In this document: positions 9,621 through 20,258 of the stretch, piece by piece
Numbering within the stretch: the first letter of the stretch is position 1
Layout of the letters: every line of letters begins with the position of its first letter
Assembly (NCBI GenBank): GCA_044440125.1
Contig: JBITAJ010000003.1
Span: 64,001-128,000 of the forward strand
Direction: 5' to 3'
Source of the DNA: Sedimentisphaeraceae bacterium JB056
GTDB lineage: Bacteria > Planctomycetota > Phycisphaerae > Sedimentisphaerales > Sedimentisphaeraceae
Length of the DNA: 64,000 bases
Notes under the pieces: model-generated
The model's input: only the letters and a program-made list of their open reading frames with translations
What the model was told of the DNA's origin: nothing
Databases searched by the model: none
Made by a program: the position numbers and the translations under genes

Positions 9621-10934
9621 CTAATATTTATTCAGTTCTATCCCGCTCGCAACAAGTTTATTTCGCAAGACATCTATTTCTATATCCCGAACTTTTGTAT
9701 CTTCCATTGCAGCCAAAGCCGCCGCAACTCCCGCGGCCTGTCCCATTTGCGCGGCAACAGGTTGCACGCGGATTGCCGACATAGCGATATGGGTTGCACT
9801 TATACATCTTCCTGCGGTAAGCAATCCTTCATAATTTTTAGGTATTAAACTGCGGTAAGTAATGGCATGGGCTGGAAGCTGTTTTTCTTCACGCGAAATC
9901 TTTTCACCCCAAATATCAAGCCAATACTCTCCAACAGCTACTGTGTCATCAGGAAAAACACCAGACCTCTGGGAACATTCAGTTATAATATCCTCGCCCT
10001 TGATTCTTCTGGATTCTCTCACGCCAATCTTTGGCGGCAAATAAACCGCATATCCATTTTGTGAAAGCAAATCAATATCCGATTTCATTTTCTCGAACGC
10101 CTCGGTCTGGGTTTCACCAAGTTTAACATCATCGTTGACATCCTCGCACATGGCGGTAGCTCCCCAATGCAGATACAAGCCGGTTGAGCGATCATACACG
10201 CCTTGATCTGCTTTAGTGTGCCAGCCATGCCCGGATTCTATAAATCCCCTATGGTTGAGGCTGTTAAAGTCCAGACCGCTTTTGCCATTAAACTTACTAC
10301 TTATATACATCCACGTACAAGGCATAACTACACTGTCAGCTATATCCCGGGCATGAGGTTCTCCATAGTGGTCTTTGGATTCCCTTCCACACATAAATTC
10401 ACAACCCGCCAGCGAAGCAACCTCGCCATTACCCGTAGCATCTATTGTTACTTTCGCCTTGATTACAAGCTTTCTCTTACTGCGGTCGGTAACGGTTACA
10501 CCTTTTACCTCAGTTCTGTTTCCTGCATCTTCAGTAATAACACCGCTAACCCTGCAACCGGTCATAAGCGTGATATTTTCTTCAGCTCGTATCATATCAT
10601 TAAGAACGTATTCGTAGCTGCTTGGCAGATACCAAATCCCATGCCTGCCGCCATCAGGTTGCAAACCCGTATCGTTAAGCGAAAAGTTGTTCTGAAGCGT
10701 ATCGACCATATCCTTATATATACCCATGCTCGGCCATCCGCACGGCATGCATACAAAATTATCAACCGGCGCACCACCGATACTCAGATCTTCTTCCAGC
10801 AATACAACCTTCCCGCCACCCCTGGCGGCAGCTATCGCGGCCGGAATCCCGGCAGCACCGGCACCAACAACCGCGACATCGGCTATAATTTCACTATCAC
10901 CAGTTTTTATAACTGTCTTAAAATCATTTTTCAT
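9621..10934 (-). CDS. FAD-dependent oxidoreductase (PF12831-like)
   Basis: DVAVVGAGAAG, IDATGNG, GVRESRRIKG, GRCISATH and MGQAAG motifs. Confidence 0.85.
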   Translation of the reverse strand: MKNDFKTVIKTGDSEIIADVAVVGAGAAGIPAAIAAARGGGKVVLLEEDLSIGGAPVDNFVCMPCGWPSMGIYKDMVDTLQNNFSLNDTGLQPDGGRHGIWYLPSSYEYVLNDMIRAEENITLMTGCRVSGVITEDAGNRTEVKGVTVTDRSKRKLVIKAKVTIDATGNGEVASLAGCEFMCGRESKDHYGEPHARDIADSVVMPCTWMYISSKFNGKSGLDFNSLNHRGFIESGHGWHTKADQGVYDRSTGLYLHWGATAMCEDVNDDVKLGETQTEAFEKMKSDIDLLSQNGYAVYLPPKIGVRESRRIKGEDIITECSQRSGVFPDDTVAVGEYWLDIWGEKISREEKQLPAHAITYRSLIPKNYEGLLTAGRCISATHIAMSAIRVQPVAAQMGQAAGVAAALAAMEDTKVRDIEIDVLRNKLVASGIELNKY

Positions 10935-12526
10935 TACACATTTCCATCATCAGCTTTATATTTAACTCGAAGCTCTTTCAATTCATCTTTCAGCTCTTCA
11001 ATAATTTCTTTGTATTGTTTGCTATCATAGCAATTTTTCATTTCAGAAGGGTCTCTTTCCAAATCGTAAAATTCCCATTCGTTAAGATTATAAAAATGGA
11101 TAAGTTTATATTTTTTCGTAACAACACCTTCATGCTTTCGCACACTATGGGCACCGGGGAATTCATAATAATGGTAATAAAGGCTCTTTCGCCAATTCTC
11201 AGGCACCTGACCCTTCATCAATGGCACGATACTCTCTCCCTGCATATCAGAAGGCGGCTCAATACCCGCAACCGAAAGAAACGTCGAAGCATAATCTATA
11301 TTTTGAACCAGTTCCTTACTAACACTTCCAGGCTTTATAACCGATGGCCATCTTACCACAAAAGGAGTTCTGAAAGAAGTCTCATACATAAAACGTTTAT
11401 CAAACCAACCATGTTCACCAAGATAAAAACCTTGATCAGAAGAGTAAATGACTATTGTATTTTCGGCAAGAGCTGATTCATCTAAATAATCAAGTACTCT
11501 ACCAATATTATCATCGACAGAACGAATGCAACGAAGATAATCTTTCATATACCGTTGATATTTCCATTTAACAAGCTCTTTTCCTGAAAGATTAGAATCT
11601 AAAAACGCCTTATTCTTGTCATTGTAGGCCTTATCCCATGCCCTGCGCTGCTGATCATTGAGCCTGCCGTAACTTTTCTTCCATAGAGGTGTGCCTTTAT
11701 CCTCATCTTTCCATATCTTAAAATCCCAACCAAGTCTCATGGTATTGGAAATAGTCATATCCTGCTCTTTTGCGGCAGTCCCTCTACCTGAATTATCATC
11801 AAAAAGCGTATCAGGTTCTGGGATACTTACATCATCAAAAAGGTTAAGATATTTCATTGGGGGTTGCCAGTTACGATGCGGTGCTTTATGTTGGAGCATA
11901 AGCATAAACGGCTTTCCTGCATCACCGCAGGTTTCAAGCCATGAAAGTGCCTTGTCAGTAATAATATCTGTAACATAGCCCTCTTCACTTTTTTGACCTT
12001 CATCTGTTACAAAATCTGGATTATAATAGTCTCCCTGTCCGGGCAGAACTTCCCAATAATCAAAACCGGTAGGCTTACTCTTCAAATGCCATTTACCAAT
12101 GATTGCAGTCTGGTAATCGGCTTTTGAGAGTAACTTCACAAAGGTTTGCTGAGAACCATCAAACTCTTTCAAATTATCAGTAACACCATTAATATGGCTA
12201 TGCTTTCCGGTAAGAATACAAGCCCGAGCCGGAGCGCATATCGAATTAGCTACATAGCTCCTGTCAAACCGCATTCCCTCATTAATTATCCGGTCAATAT
12301 TAGGAGTCGGCGCAACTTTAGCCAGCCTGCCGCCATAACCGCTTATTGCCTGATAAGCATGATCGTCAGAATATATAAAGATAATATTCGGCTTTTTCGA
12401 AGATTCTCTTTTCGATATAACTGAACTGCCGCAGCCCAAAAGACTCAACGCAGTACAACTTGCACCTAAATATTTCAAGAAGCTTCGTCTTGATGAGATT
12501 AAAACATCACTTCTTTCCATTTCCAT
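10934..12526 (-). CDS. Formylglycine sulfatase (S1, GlcNAc-6-sulfatase-like) with Tat lipoprotein signal
   Basis: SRRSFLK plus LLGC lipobox; CAPARA, GKWHL, KAPHRNW and [16 protein letters not shown] motifs. Confidence 0.9.
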   Translation of the reverse strand: MEMERSDVLISSRRSFLKYLGASCTALSLLGCGSSVISKRESSKKPNIIFIYSDDHAYQAISGYGGRLAKVAPTPNIDRIINEGMRFDRSYVANSICAPARACILTGKHSHINGVTDNLKEFDGSQQTFVKLLSKADYQTAIIGKWHLKSKPTGFDYWEVLPGQGDYYNPDFVTDEGQKSEEGYVTDIITDKALSWLETCGDAGKPFMLMLQHKAPHRNWQPPMKYLNLFDDVSIPEPDTLFDDNSGRGTAAKEQDMTISNTMRLGWDFKIWKDEDKGTPLWKKSYGRLNDQQRRAWDKAYNDKNKAFLDSNLSGKELVKWKYQRYMKDYLRCIRSVDDNIGRVLDYLDESALAENTIVIYSSDQGFYLGEHGWFDKRFMYETSFRTPFVVRWPSVIKPGSVSKELVQNIDYASTFLSVAGIEPPSDMQGESIVPLMKGQVPENWRKSLYYHYYEFPGAHSVRKHEGVVTKKYKLIHFYNLNEWEFYDLERDPSEMKNCYDSKQYKEIIEELKDELKELRVKYKADDGNV

Positions 12527-15194
12527 ATCCTTTTAATTCAACAAAATCAACTTCCTTGCCGCCAAATATCAGCTCTTCACCATTTAAAACCATAGCATAA
12601 TCAATCTTTTCACCCACATCAAACTGAATATAGGCAAATTCAGCTTTTATACTCAGGTTTGACACATTTATCGCATTTGCAGGATTAGTGTTATGCAGAT
12701 ATACCCCTTTACCCTGAGGCAATTGAATTTCAAAAGCGATAGCCTCTTCTGATTCTTCCAATAGTGTAATTTCAACATCCGACTTTCCTGCATCTTTTTT
12801 TGGATATAGTAAAGTGTAAAATCTTGCCTGCCCCGCTGACTTCTGGCGAAAACACGGATATTTCGTATCACCAAGCGGATTGGCATTAAACCCATCTCTT
12901 ACAAAACACTTTGCATCCTGCGGGTACAACGAAACAATTTCAATTCCAACGCCTGAATCAGTAGTACTTACTCTCGCTCCGTCAACTTCATAATCTAATA
13001 AAGGCGACAGATGCCAGCATTGATTATATGCATGTTCGATGTCATCAGAAGGCTGCATCAAATCAGCAACTATAAACAATCCCGGCTCCTTCAAATACAT
13101 CACGCTTCTGTTGTGTAAAACAGTCGGATAACCGGCGGCATACCCCTTGAAATACTCCACCTTTTCGCTTAGGTAAAGCTCACTCTTGCAATCTCCTTCC
13201 GGCGACATAGTTGCTCCGGGCATCTCAAGCCTTGGGAAGCCTTTTTCATCAACTTCAACAGTATTGTGTGATTTGGTTTGATGGCGTTGCCAGTCAAAAT
13301 GAGGATGAGAACCTGAATATGAACTCATGCCGGTATCAACAAGCAGTTTCCTGCCGTAAGCCGACAGTGAAATATGATTCTGATCAACATGATAATGCCC
13401 GCCTCCTACCCGTGGTGAGACAAAAATCGCAATCGCATTTTCATCCCATCCGCTTCTGAGCATTACGATCTTAGCATCAGGATAATTTAAACTGGTGTAT
13501 TTTGGAGCATAATCATTTTTTGTCAGCCCGCACCACCATTGAAGCTGTTCATCATCAAAAAACTCCGCCGCACGCTTTACCGCAGCATTTGTCTTTGTAT
13601 CACGAGGGCCGCCTTCTCCCCACGCAACCGGCACACCGTCAGGCATTGACACATTCATCAGGTATTTAGCAAGCTGATGCGTCTTTCTGGAAAAAGACTC
13701 TGGTAATGATGCGTTATGATCCTTGCAGTAATCAAGCAAATCGAGCATCATCTGTAAAACAGGGAAAGGATAGCCCATTGTGTGTTCAGTATACGAGCCG
13801 TCAGCCAAAACTAAATGATCCATTAAGTCTTCAGCTCTTGCAAAGGCATCCTCTTTCCATAAATTAGAATCGGCAAGTTCCGGGAAGGTTAAGCAAAGGG
13901 TAGTAATGCTGGAAATAAGTGAAAGCCCCATATTGTCATAATTATTCCTGCGAAGCTTTGAAGGATTGAGCCACATATACTCACCCTCTTTGCACAGAAA
14001 CTTCATTATTTCCGTGCAGTCACGACCAGTCATCACATCAAGATCAAATAAATACGGCAGATATGTAGAAAGACCGGTTAGACGCCCTAAACCGGCATTA
14101 AGCTCACCATTGGCACGAGACTGATAATTATACTCCTCAATAAAATCTCTGAGCATAGAGATAACCTTCTCACCAACCTCATTATCACCGTCTGTCACCG
14201 CGCATCTGCTTATATCGCCAAGCCAGTACAATCTTCGCACCCAGTTGGGATACTGCGAATGTGCCCCCTCAGGCCTGCCCCATTCAATGTCGCCATCCAA
14301 ACCTTCCCAGGAATACTGATAACCGAGCATATTGCCCCAATTATCCTCATCCTCATTTACAATCGTTGGATAAGAACGCCACAAAATCAAGGAATCTTCA
14401 TTTTTCTGGCTGTAGGCATAAATTTTGAGCCTTGCCTTTTCTGCTTTCTCAACCGGCACTTTCGATAAGTCAAAACTGATCAATGCTCTGGATGTATTGT
14501 CATCGAATGGCTTATTCGTTTTCAAACCGGAATTACATATCCTTAATAATTCTTCTTTGCCGTAATTATCATTCTTAAACTTACCGGCCCGTACATAAAC
14601 ATCAGCCGAAGCCGTAACACTAACCCACTCTTTATCAATCAAAAGCTCAAGAACAGGCTTATTAGAAACAGATTCTCGGGAATTAACAAAGCTGGCCGAC
14701 TCGTTCTTGTGCCGTCCCATAAGCATAAATACAACATCGCCGCGTCTTATAAAACCGCCGACATCAAGTATATACTCCGCCGGTTGATCCTTGATTTCAA
14801 AGACGGCCGCAACCTTTTCCTGCTGATCAAAGCCAATAATATTGTCCATTAGAAAGTCAACCCTTGTCTGATTCCAGCTTGAAGATATCTTCTGACGCTT
14901 AAAATCACGACTTCTGTAATACTTCAACAACTCATTTGCAGCAGACTCATAATCTCCCTTTTTCGCGCAATACTCAACAGCCCTTAACTTTCTGCTGTAA
15001 GAATAATCCAAAATCGGCCGATTGTTCCATGACCCATTATCCAAATTATATTGACCAAAGAAATCCTGATCTGAAATAACTCGTTTCTGATTGTTTTCCA
15101 CTCTTTTCAACAACTCTTCAGCATCAAAGGCGAATACCGTATTAAAAAATAACAAAACGAGAATAATACAATCAGTAAAAAAGCTATATCTCAT
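12507..15194 (-). CDS. Heparinase II/III-family lyase with DNRLRE/CBM96-like domain (paralog of 6896-9604)
   Basis: ATG 15194 with [20 protein letters not shown]; shares [11 protein letters not shown] and [21 protein letters not shown] with the paralog. Confidence 0.8.
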   Translation of the reverse strand: MRYSFFTDCIILVLLFFNTVFAFDAEELLKRVENNQKRVISDQDFFGQYNLDNGSWNNRPILDYSYSRKLRAVEYCAKKGDYESAANELLKYYRSRDFKRQKISSSWNQTRVDFLMDNIIGFDQQEKVAAVFEIKDQPAEYILDVGGFIRRGDVVFMLMGRHKNESASFVNSRESVSNKPVLELLIDKEWVSVTASADVYVRAGKFKNDNYGKEELLRICNSGLKTNKPFDDNTSRALISFDLSKVPVEKAEKARLKIYAYSQKNEDSLILWRSYPTIVNEDEDNWGNMLGYQYSWEGLDGDIEWGRPEGAHSQYPNWVRRLYWLGDISRCAVTDGDNEVGEKVISMLRDFIEEYNYQSRANGELNAGLGRLTGLSTYLPYLFDLDVMTGRDCTEIMKFLCKEGEYMWLNPSKLRRNNYDNMGLSLISSITTLCLTFPELADSNLWKEDAFARAEDLMDHLVLADGSYTEHTMGYPFPVLQMMLDLLDYCKDHNASLPESFSRKTHQLAKYLMNVSMPDGVPVAWGEGGPRDTKTNAAVKRAAEFFDDEQLQWWCGLTKNDYAPKYTSLNYPDAKIVMLRSGWDENAIAIFVSPRVGGGHYHVDQNHISLSAYGRKLLVDTGMSSYSGSHPHFDWQRHQTKSHNTVEVDEKGFPRLEMPGATMSPEGDCKSELYLSEKVEYFKGYAAGYPTVLHNRSVMYLKEPGLFIVADLMQPSDDIEHAYNQCWHLSPLLDYEVDGARVSTTDSGVGIEIVSLYPQDAKCFVRDGFNANPLGDTKYPCFRQKSAGQARFYTLLYPKKDAGKSDVEITLLEESEEAIAFEIQLPQGKGVYLHNTNPANAINVSNLSIKAEFAYIQFDVGEKIDYAMVLNGEELIFGGKEVDFVELKGYGNGKK

Positions 15195-15206
15195 ACAAAA
15201 CACCTT

Positions 15207-15287
15207 ATTACAATTATAACAATAAGCCACAAAAAGGCCACAATAGCCCATCTAAAACAATCTTAAATCATTACAATTGAAATACAA
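15207..15287 (-). promoter_or_regulatory. Putative promoter (TTGTAT-N16-TAAGAT) with paired ATTACAAT operator-like sites
   Basis: ATTACAAT-T-ATAACAAT at 15207-15223 and CATTACAATTGAAATACAA at 15269-15287; the latter matches 1638-1656 at 18 of 19 positions. Confidence 0.55.
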
Positions 15288-15650
15288 GTTCTTTTAAAAA
15301 AATACTACAACAAGCAATTTTGCTAACATAGATTATAGTATCCAGAATAAGATAAAAGTCGAAATCACCTCAAAACCAATCTACCGTTCGGTATATTTTA
15401 AACAACAGCTTTTGTAATATTTAAATCCATGTTTTTAATAATTTTACAAAAGGCTAACAGTCGTCATAGAGTAAATTCAGGTTGTTAGGCAGAATTACAT
15501 ATAAACTTATTGCCAGTTCAACCGAGTATAAATCAAGCAGATTAACTTTAGACTCAATACATTCACATATTGCGATTCCTGTGACTTAACCAATTTTCAC
15601 GTTTTAACCTCTGACACACAATTACTGCTCAAAAGGATTAACGCCTTAAC

Positions 15651-15690
15651 TTGCCAATCAAATACCATCACTAACAATCACGAACTATCA
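15651..15690 (-). promoter_or_regulatory. Four adjacent 10-bp direct repeats (TGAT-N-G core), candidate DeoR operator
   Basis: Minus strand reads TGATAGTTCG TGATTGTTAG TGATGGTATT TGATTGGCAA, upstream of the DeoR gene. Confidence 0.6.
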
Positions 15691-15752
15691 ACAATACACC
15701 TTAAAAAACATCACAAAAAACCAACACTGCTAACATAATACCACTTAAATAC

Positions 15753-15781
15753 TTGACATATTGAATATTATAGCGTATATT
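15753..15781 (+). promoter_or_regulatory. Sigma70-type promoter of the DeoR operon
   Basis: TTGACA-N17-TATATT, followed by TGATTGATTG-TGATTTTTAA repeats and an AAGGA RBS. Confidence 0.7.
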
Positions 15782-15818
15782 ATTTATGATTGATTGTGAT
15801 TTTTAAGGAATAAACAAA

Positions 15819-16589
15819 ATGCTTCAGTCTCAAAGACAAGAAAAAATACTCAATTTCCTGACATATAATGATTACCTCGAACTTTCCAACGCTGTAGAAC
15901 TTTTCGATGCAAGCCCCGCAACAATAAATCGTGATTTTAACGATCTTGCCGACAAAAAACTCGTACAACGCGTAAGAGGTGGAATAAGGCCGCTAAAAAA
16001 ACAGGATGGAATGCTCCCTTTTGCATTCAGAGAATTGCAATATTCTAAGGAAAAAGAAAAATTAGCCCAAAAAGCCGCTACAATGATAAATCCAGGAGAT
16101 GTGGTATTTGTTGACGGCGGAACTACCACTTTCCATTTAGGAATGTCCATGCCCGACCTGAGATTCCATATAATCACAAACTCTTTGAGACTTGCAACTT
16201 TGCTTGAAGAAAAAGCTGCCGAACAGCCGGGAATTGAAGTTTCACTGACGGGCGGATATCTGCACAAACAGTCAGGCATATTGCTGGGGCCAAACACAAG
16301 AGCCTCCCTCGAACAATACAATGCTCATTGGGCTTTCATCTCAGTTGGGGGAATAACCGAGAATGGTATATTCAACACCAATGAACTTGTTACCGAGACA
16401 GAAAGAGCAATGATAAGAAATGCAGAAAAAACGGTAATACTGGCTGACCACAGTAAAATCGGCAAACTCGCTTTGTGTCATGTAGCAAACCTGAATGAAA
16501 TAGACATACTTATAACAAATACCAATCCAGATAACGACAAAAAACTTGACCAATATAGAGAAGCCGGGATTACCGTTATAACCGTATAA
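15819..16589 (+). CDS. DeoR/GlpR-family transcriptional regulator
   Basis: SPATINRDFNDL HTH, RVRGG, VFVDGGTTT, ITNSL and LADHSK motifs. Confidence 0.95.
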   Translation: MLQSQRQEKILNFLTYNDYLELSNAVELFDASPATINRDFNDLADKKLVQRVRGGIRPLKKQDGMLPFAFRELQYSKEKEKLAQKAATMINPGDVVFVDGGTTTFHLGMSMPDLRFHIITNSLRLATLLEEKAAEQPGIEVSLTGGYLHKQSGILLGPNTRASLEQYNAHWAFISVGGITENGIFNTNELVTETERAMIRNAEKTVILADHSKIGKLALCHVANLNEIDILITNTNPDNDKKLDQYREAGITVITV

Positions 16590-16619
16590 GACCTTAATCA
16601 AGGTGAAAGGTAGACCAAA

Positions 16620-17489
16620 ATGAGAAACCCACTATTTTCAATAACAATAATAACCATATCATTTTGTTTTTATGCAATTGCCGACTATGACAACGCCCCT
16701 CTTTGGGAAGATCAAACGGCATATACACACCAAAGCTGGGACTTTGGAGACAGTGGAGAATACGGAACACCTGATATGGTTACCGATATGAGTGCATTGC
16801 CTCTGGGACAATATACAGACGGCGAACCCAATGAATTCAACAACTATGGCACACCAACTCTCGATGCTTTCTATAACTCGCATTTCTTTATGAAAGGCTG
16901 GATGTATGTACCTGAGATAGCCCAAACAAGCAGAGTTGCTATGTATGGAGGAATGGGAGATACTTCTGTAAGCTTCACCGTACCAGGAATGCAGGCCGGC
17001 AGTGACTGGATAAGGCAGCTATGGGTGCAAACTATAATATACGCCAGAAAAGACGGCCAGCAAGCAGGTAAGATAGAAACAGCAAGAGATTCGCAATTCG
17101 CGGACAAAACCGGAATCACAGAAATAAGCGAAACCATTGAACCGCTTGCCGAAATGGAAGGCTATTCTGCCGCATGGTACAGGATGACATCAGTCTATGA
17201 GGTTACAGACAGCGACCAGAATGACTACATCAAAGTATGGGCTTATTTTGATCCCGAGCTGCCCGATCCCGAACGCCTGGGAGCAAGTATGATAGATAGA
17301 GTTGATATAGATACAAGGCTCATTCTCAAAGCAGATATCAACAGGAACGGCATCGTCAATTATGCCGACTTCTCTACTATGGCCTTTCACTGGTCAACTA
17401 ACAACGACCAAACAGACCTCACTAATGACGGAATCATAAATTCTGACGATTTGCTCTACCTCTCATCAATGTGGCTCGGAACAAATTAG
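16620..17489 (+). CDS. Secreted protein with C-terminal dockerin-like double EF-hand repeat
   Basis: Signal peptide; tail ADINRNGIVNYADF...W...DLTNDGIINSDDL...WL. Confidence 0.7.
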   Translation: MRNPLFSITIITISFCFYAIADYDNAPLWEDQTAYTHQSWDFGDSGEYGTPDMVTDMSALPLGQYTDGEPNEFNNYGTPTLDAFYNSHFFMKGWMYVPEIAQTSRVAMYGGMGDTSVSFTVPGMQAGSDWIRQLWVQTIIYARKDGQQAGKIETARDSQFADKTGITEISETIEPLAEMEGYSAAWYRMTSVYEVTDSDQNDYIKVWAYFDPELPDPERLGASMIDRVDIDTRLILKADINRNGIVNYADFSTMAFHWSTNNDQTDLTNDGIINSDDLLYLSSMWLGTN

Positions 17490-17507
17490 GCAGTAGATTA
17501 CCGCAGC

Positions 17508-18314
17508 ATGTCGAATAATATAAAAAATACAGAAGCTTTTACTCTGATAGAATTACTGATCGTAATCTCTGTCATAGCATTGCTGATATCGATTATAATA
17601 CCAGCTCTGGGCAGAGCGAAGGCCACAGCGAAAAAACTGCAATGTGCTGACAATATTCGCCAAATACGTATCGCAATGGACCTTTACTCCCATGATTATG
17701 ACAACTGTATAATAACTGCCCGGGAGATGCTTTTCGCCCATTCAATTGAAGAAGTCAAGGGTTTATGGCATGTAATACTGACTCCCTACATTGATCATTC
17801 TGAAATTAGGGACATGCTTGCCGATAAATATCCTAAACTATGGCGATGCCCTGAAGACCAAGACCCGTATCCAATGGGCTTCAGGGGATACCCTCATAAA
17901 ATCGGAATGACCAGCTATGCACTCAACGGTTACTATTCAAATACAGATAATACGGAAATACAATTCGGGCCGGCTGCAAACCTGAAATTTTCACAAATAC
18001 CAAGCCCATCAAAATGCATGCTGATGGCAGAGACAAGTTATTGCGGCCAGATATATGACGCAAAACATCCAAATACCTTAGACCCAAATATAAGACTTGA
18101 TGGACACCACCGCATGACAAGCGGATTCTATCATAACAGTGCAATGAATCTGCTTTTTGTGGATGGACATATAGAATCTTTCAAAGGAATTGATTGCGAA
18201 ATAGATGAGTCAATGATACCATGGCCATACAAAAATGGCGGGTTTATGTTTTGGCCGGACAAACGTCTGAAAACAGCAACTGAAGACCCCATATTTTGGG
18301 GACCAGGATATTGA
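17508..18314 (+). CDS. Prepilin-type N-methylation / H-X9-DG protein (DUF1559-like)
   Basis: AFTLIELLIVISVIALLISIIIPAL, C..NIRQ, CPED, SYALN and HNSAMNLLFVDG. Confidence 0.9.
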   Translation: MSNNIKNTEAFTLIELLIVISVIALLISIIIPALGRAKATAKKLQCADNIRQIRIAMDLYSHDYDNCIITAREMLFAHSIEEVKGLWHVILTPYIDHSEIRDMLADKYPKLWRCPEDQDPYPMGFRGYPHKIGMTSYALNGYYSNTDNTEIQFGPAANLKFSQIPSPSKCMLMAETSYCGQIYDAKHPNTLDPNIRLDGHHRMTSGFYHNSAMNLLFVDGHIESFKGIDCEIDESMIPWPYKNGGFMFWPDKRLKTATEDPIFWGPGY

Positions 18315-18403
18315 TACAGACTCAATCCTGCTACAATTTAAAACGTCATGCAAACAAGCAAAACATATTATATTTATTGCACAATATTACTTAAGTCTCA
18401 GTT

Positions 18404-20254
18404 TTAATCAAGAGAAGCAAAATCCAGACCTATCTTCGTGCCGTATTGCAGCACATTATCCAATCTTTCAGGAGACGTATGGTGGTATTTTGACTCTACT
18501 TCAATATTATGACCTAAAAGAATAACAGACTTATTCTCTTTTACGGCCTTATCGAGAAGCGTATATATATCCTCTTCAGTAATATCTTTCTTGTTTGAGT
18601 CAATGCCGGTAGCATAAAAACTGCCGCCATCTTCTATATCTTCAGGCTCATAGAAAATCATATCAGCTTTGCTGTAAGGCACACCGCTTCTAAGATACTT
18701 AAAATGCTCCAGCAGCATCCTATCGGTATTTTCATCGTTCTGACTGTTAGGATAAGCAAAGCATGCAGGATAAAAGCCATCCTTATTCATCATATCTATC
18801 GCCGGTTTAACGTCATCAAGGAAGTATTTTTCAAGCGAATACTGCCTTGAGTAATCAACCGCCTTCTCATGACGCAGACTATGGCATGCTATTGCATGTC
18901 CGGCTGCCTTGAGCTTTTTGAGGCCAGCAATTTGCTCGGAAGTATATTTATCATAATCAGTTACGCAGAACGTTGCTTTTGCTCCGTACTTTTCAAATAT
19001 AGGCATAGCTTCAATCCACTGCTTGACAAAAAAATCGTCAAACGTCAAATAAACCGTCGGTCGTGCTCCTGTCTTAATTTTCGCAATAAAGATAGAATTA
19101 TCACTGCCGTATTTACGGCAATGCTCTATGCCCGGCTTTCCGAAGCCAACATTATCATTCTGCATCCATTCGGCAACCGTCACCCATGACTCAGTATCAC
19201 TTATAGGTGTAATACCGAAATTACCCAGTCTTGCCCCCCTGTTAGGCACTACGATCTGCTCTGTATCTCTGATAACACATAACTTCTCTGTATCAACCTT
19301 AGCGATAAACAGCGGAGCCCTGTTTCTAAAAACATTATCATTATCCGATGTTTTTCTGGTATAAACAAGATACAGCCCATCCTTATGGCTTATCCAGTGC
19401 TGCTGGGTATTATAGTTCCCTAAAGGCTGGCCATCATCAAACTTCCAGTCAACAGGTTCACTGTAATTGAGCCCATCATTACTAACCGCAACATACCCCT
19501 TAATATCATTACGCAAAGTTAGGTAATACTTCCCCTCGTAGTAGGTTACTGAAGGTTCATAAAAGCCCCGCGGAACATCATGCTTAAGAGTATTACCACT
19601 CTTTATATATCTCAACTCATTGCCGTTAAATTCACACAACAATACTGTTACAGAATAAGGTCTGGCAGGATCGTAAACCTTATTTCTGTGATAGACAGGC
19701 ACTAATATCCTACCGTCAGGTAGATCATAACGTTGATTGCCTGCCCAACAGAGGGTATAAAAATCTTTACGTTCGGGCAAGTCAAGTTTTTCACATTTTC
19801 CCCACACTTTCTTTTCGTCATCAAAGACTGAATAAATTATATCTGACGGTCGCGGCTCAGGCTTGACATGATTACCCTGATAGAGAACTGTTGCACCTAC
19901 ACCAAGCAGCCTGCCGCTTTTTTCATGGTATTTAGGGACAATGTGATAACTAATATCAAGTTTGTCACTATATGCTTTTCTTCTGAGATTATCGGAAAGT
20001 ACTTCGGGAGCAGTCCAGGTTTTGCCGCCATCAGAACTTCGCATCTCATGAATATCAAAGAAAACATCCGAGGCGGTCAGTAAAAGCTTATTTACGGTAA
20101 TAAGGCAGTCACCATTTGGTGCTTTTGCCATACTGGGAGCAACAAAACAATAATCTCCTTCCATGCCGCTGCTTATAACTGTCGTTTCTACATTAATCGC
20201 CGCTATGCATGAGGCACTGATCATCAATAATAATGTACTTATCATTTTTTTCAT
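18404..20254 (-). CDS. BNR/Asp-box (sialidase-like) beta-propeller fused to NodB/CE4 polysaccharide deacetylase
   Basis: ATG 20254 gives a signal peptide; Asp-boxes SSDGGKTW and SNDGLNY; C-terminal LTFDDF, HSLRH, FAYPN. Confidence 0.8.
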   Translation of the reverse strand: MKKMISTLLLMISASCIAAINVETTVISSGMEGDYCFVAPSMAKAPNGDCLITVNKLLLTASDVFFDIHEMRSSDGGKTWTAPEVLSDNLRRKAYSDKLDISYHIVPKYHEKSGRLLGVGATVLYQGNHVKPEPRPSDIIYSVFDDEKKVWGKCEKLDLPERKDFYTLCWAGNQRYDLPDGRILVPVYHRNKVYDPARPYSVTVLLCEFNGNELRYIKSGNTLKHDVPRGFYEPSVTYYEGKYYLTLRNDIKGYVAVSNDGLNYSEPVDWKFDDGQPLGNYNTQQHWISHKDGLYLVYTRKTSDNDNVFRNRAPLFIAKVDTEKLCVIRDTEQIVVPNRGARLGNFGITPISDTESWVTVAEWMQNDNVGFGKPGIEHCRKYGSDNSIFIAKIKTGARPTVYLTFDDFFVKQWIEAMPIFEKYGAKATFCVTDYDKYTSEQIAGLKKLKAAGHAIACHSLRHEKAVDYSRQYSLEKYFLDDVKPAIDMMNKDGFYPACFAYPNSQNDENTDRMLLEHFKYLRSGVPYSKADMIFYEPEDIEDGGSFYATGIDSNKKDITEEDIYTLLDKAVKENKSVILLGHNIEVESKYHHTSPERLDNVLQYGTKIGLDFASLD

Positions 20255-20258
20255 AATA

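Noticed and set aside
10203..11030. 275-aa plus-strand ORF and the many other short overlapping ORFs in the track
   Set aside because: They lie antisense or out of frame inside well-supported genes and show no recognisable motifs
15409..15451. CTTTTGTAA...TTACAAAAG inverted repeat in the long intergenic region
   Set aside because: Only 9 bp in very AT-rich DNA with a long spacer; could be chance
17508..18314. Type II secretion pseudopilin GspG or type IV pilin operon
   Set aside because: No ATPase, secretin, platform or peptidase genes nearby; H-X9-DG marks the DUF1559-like class
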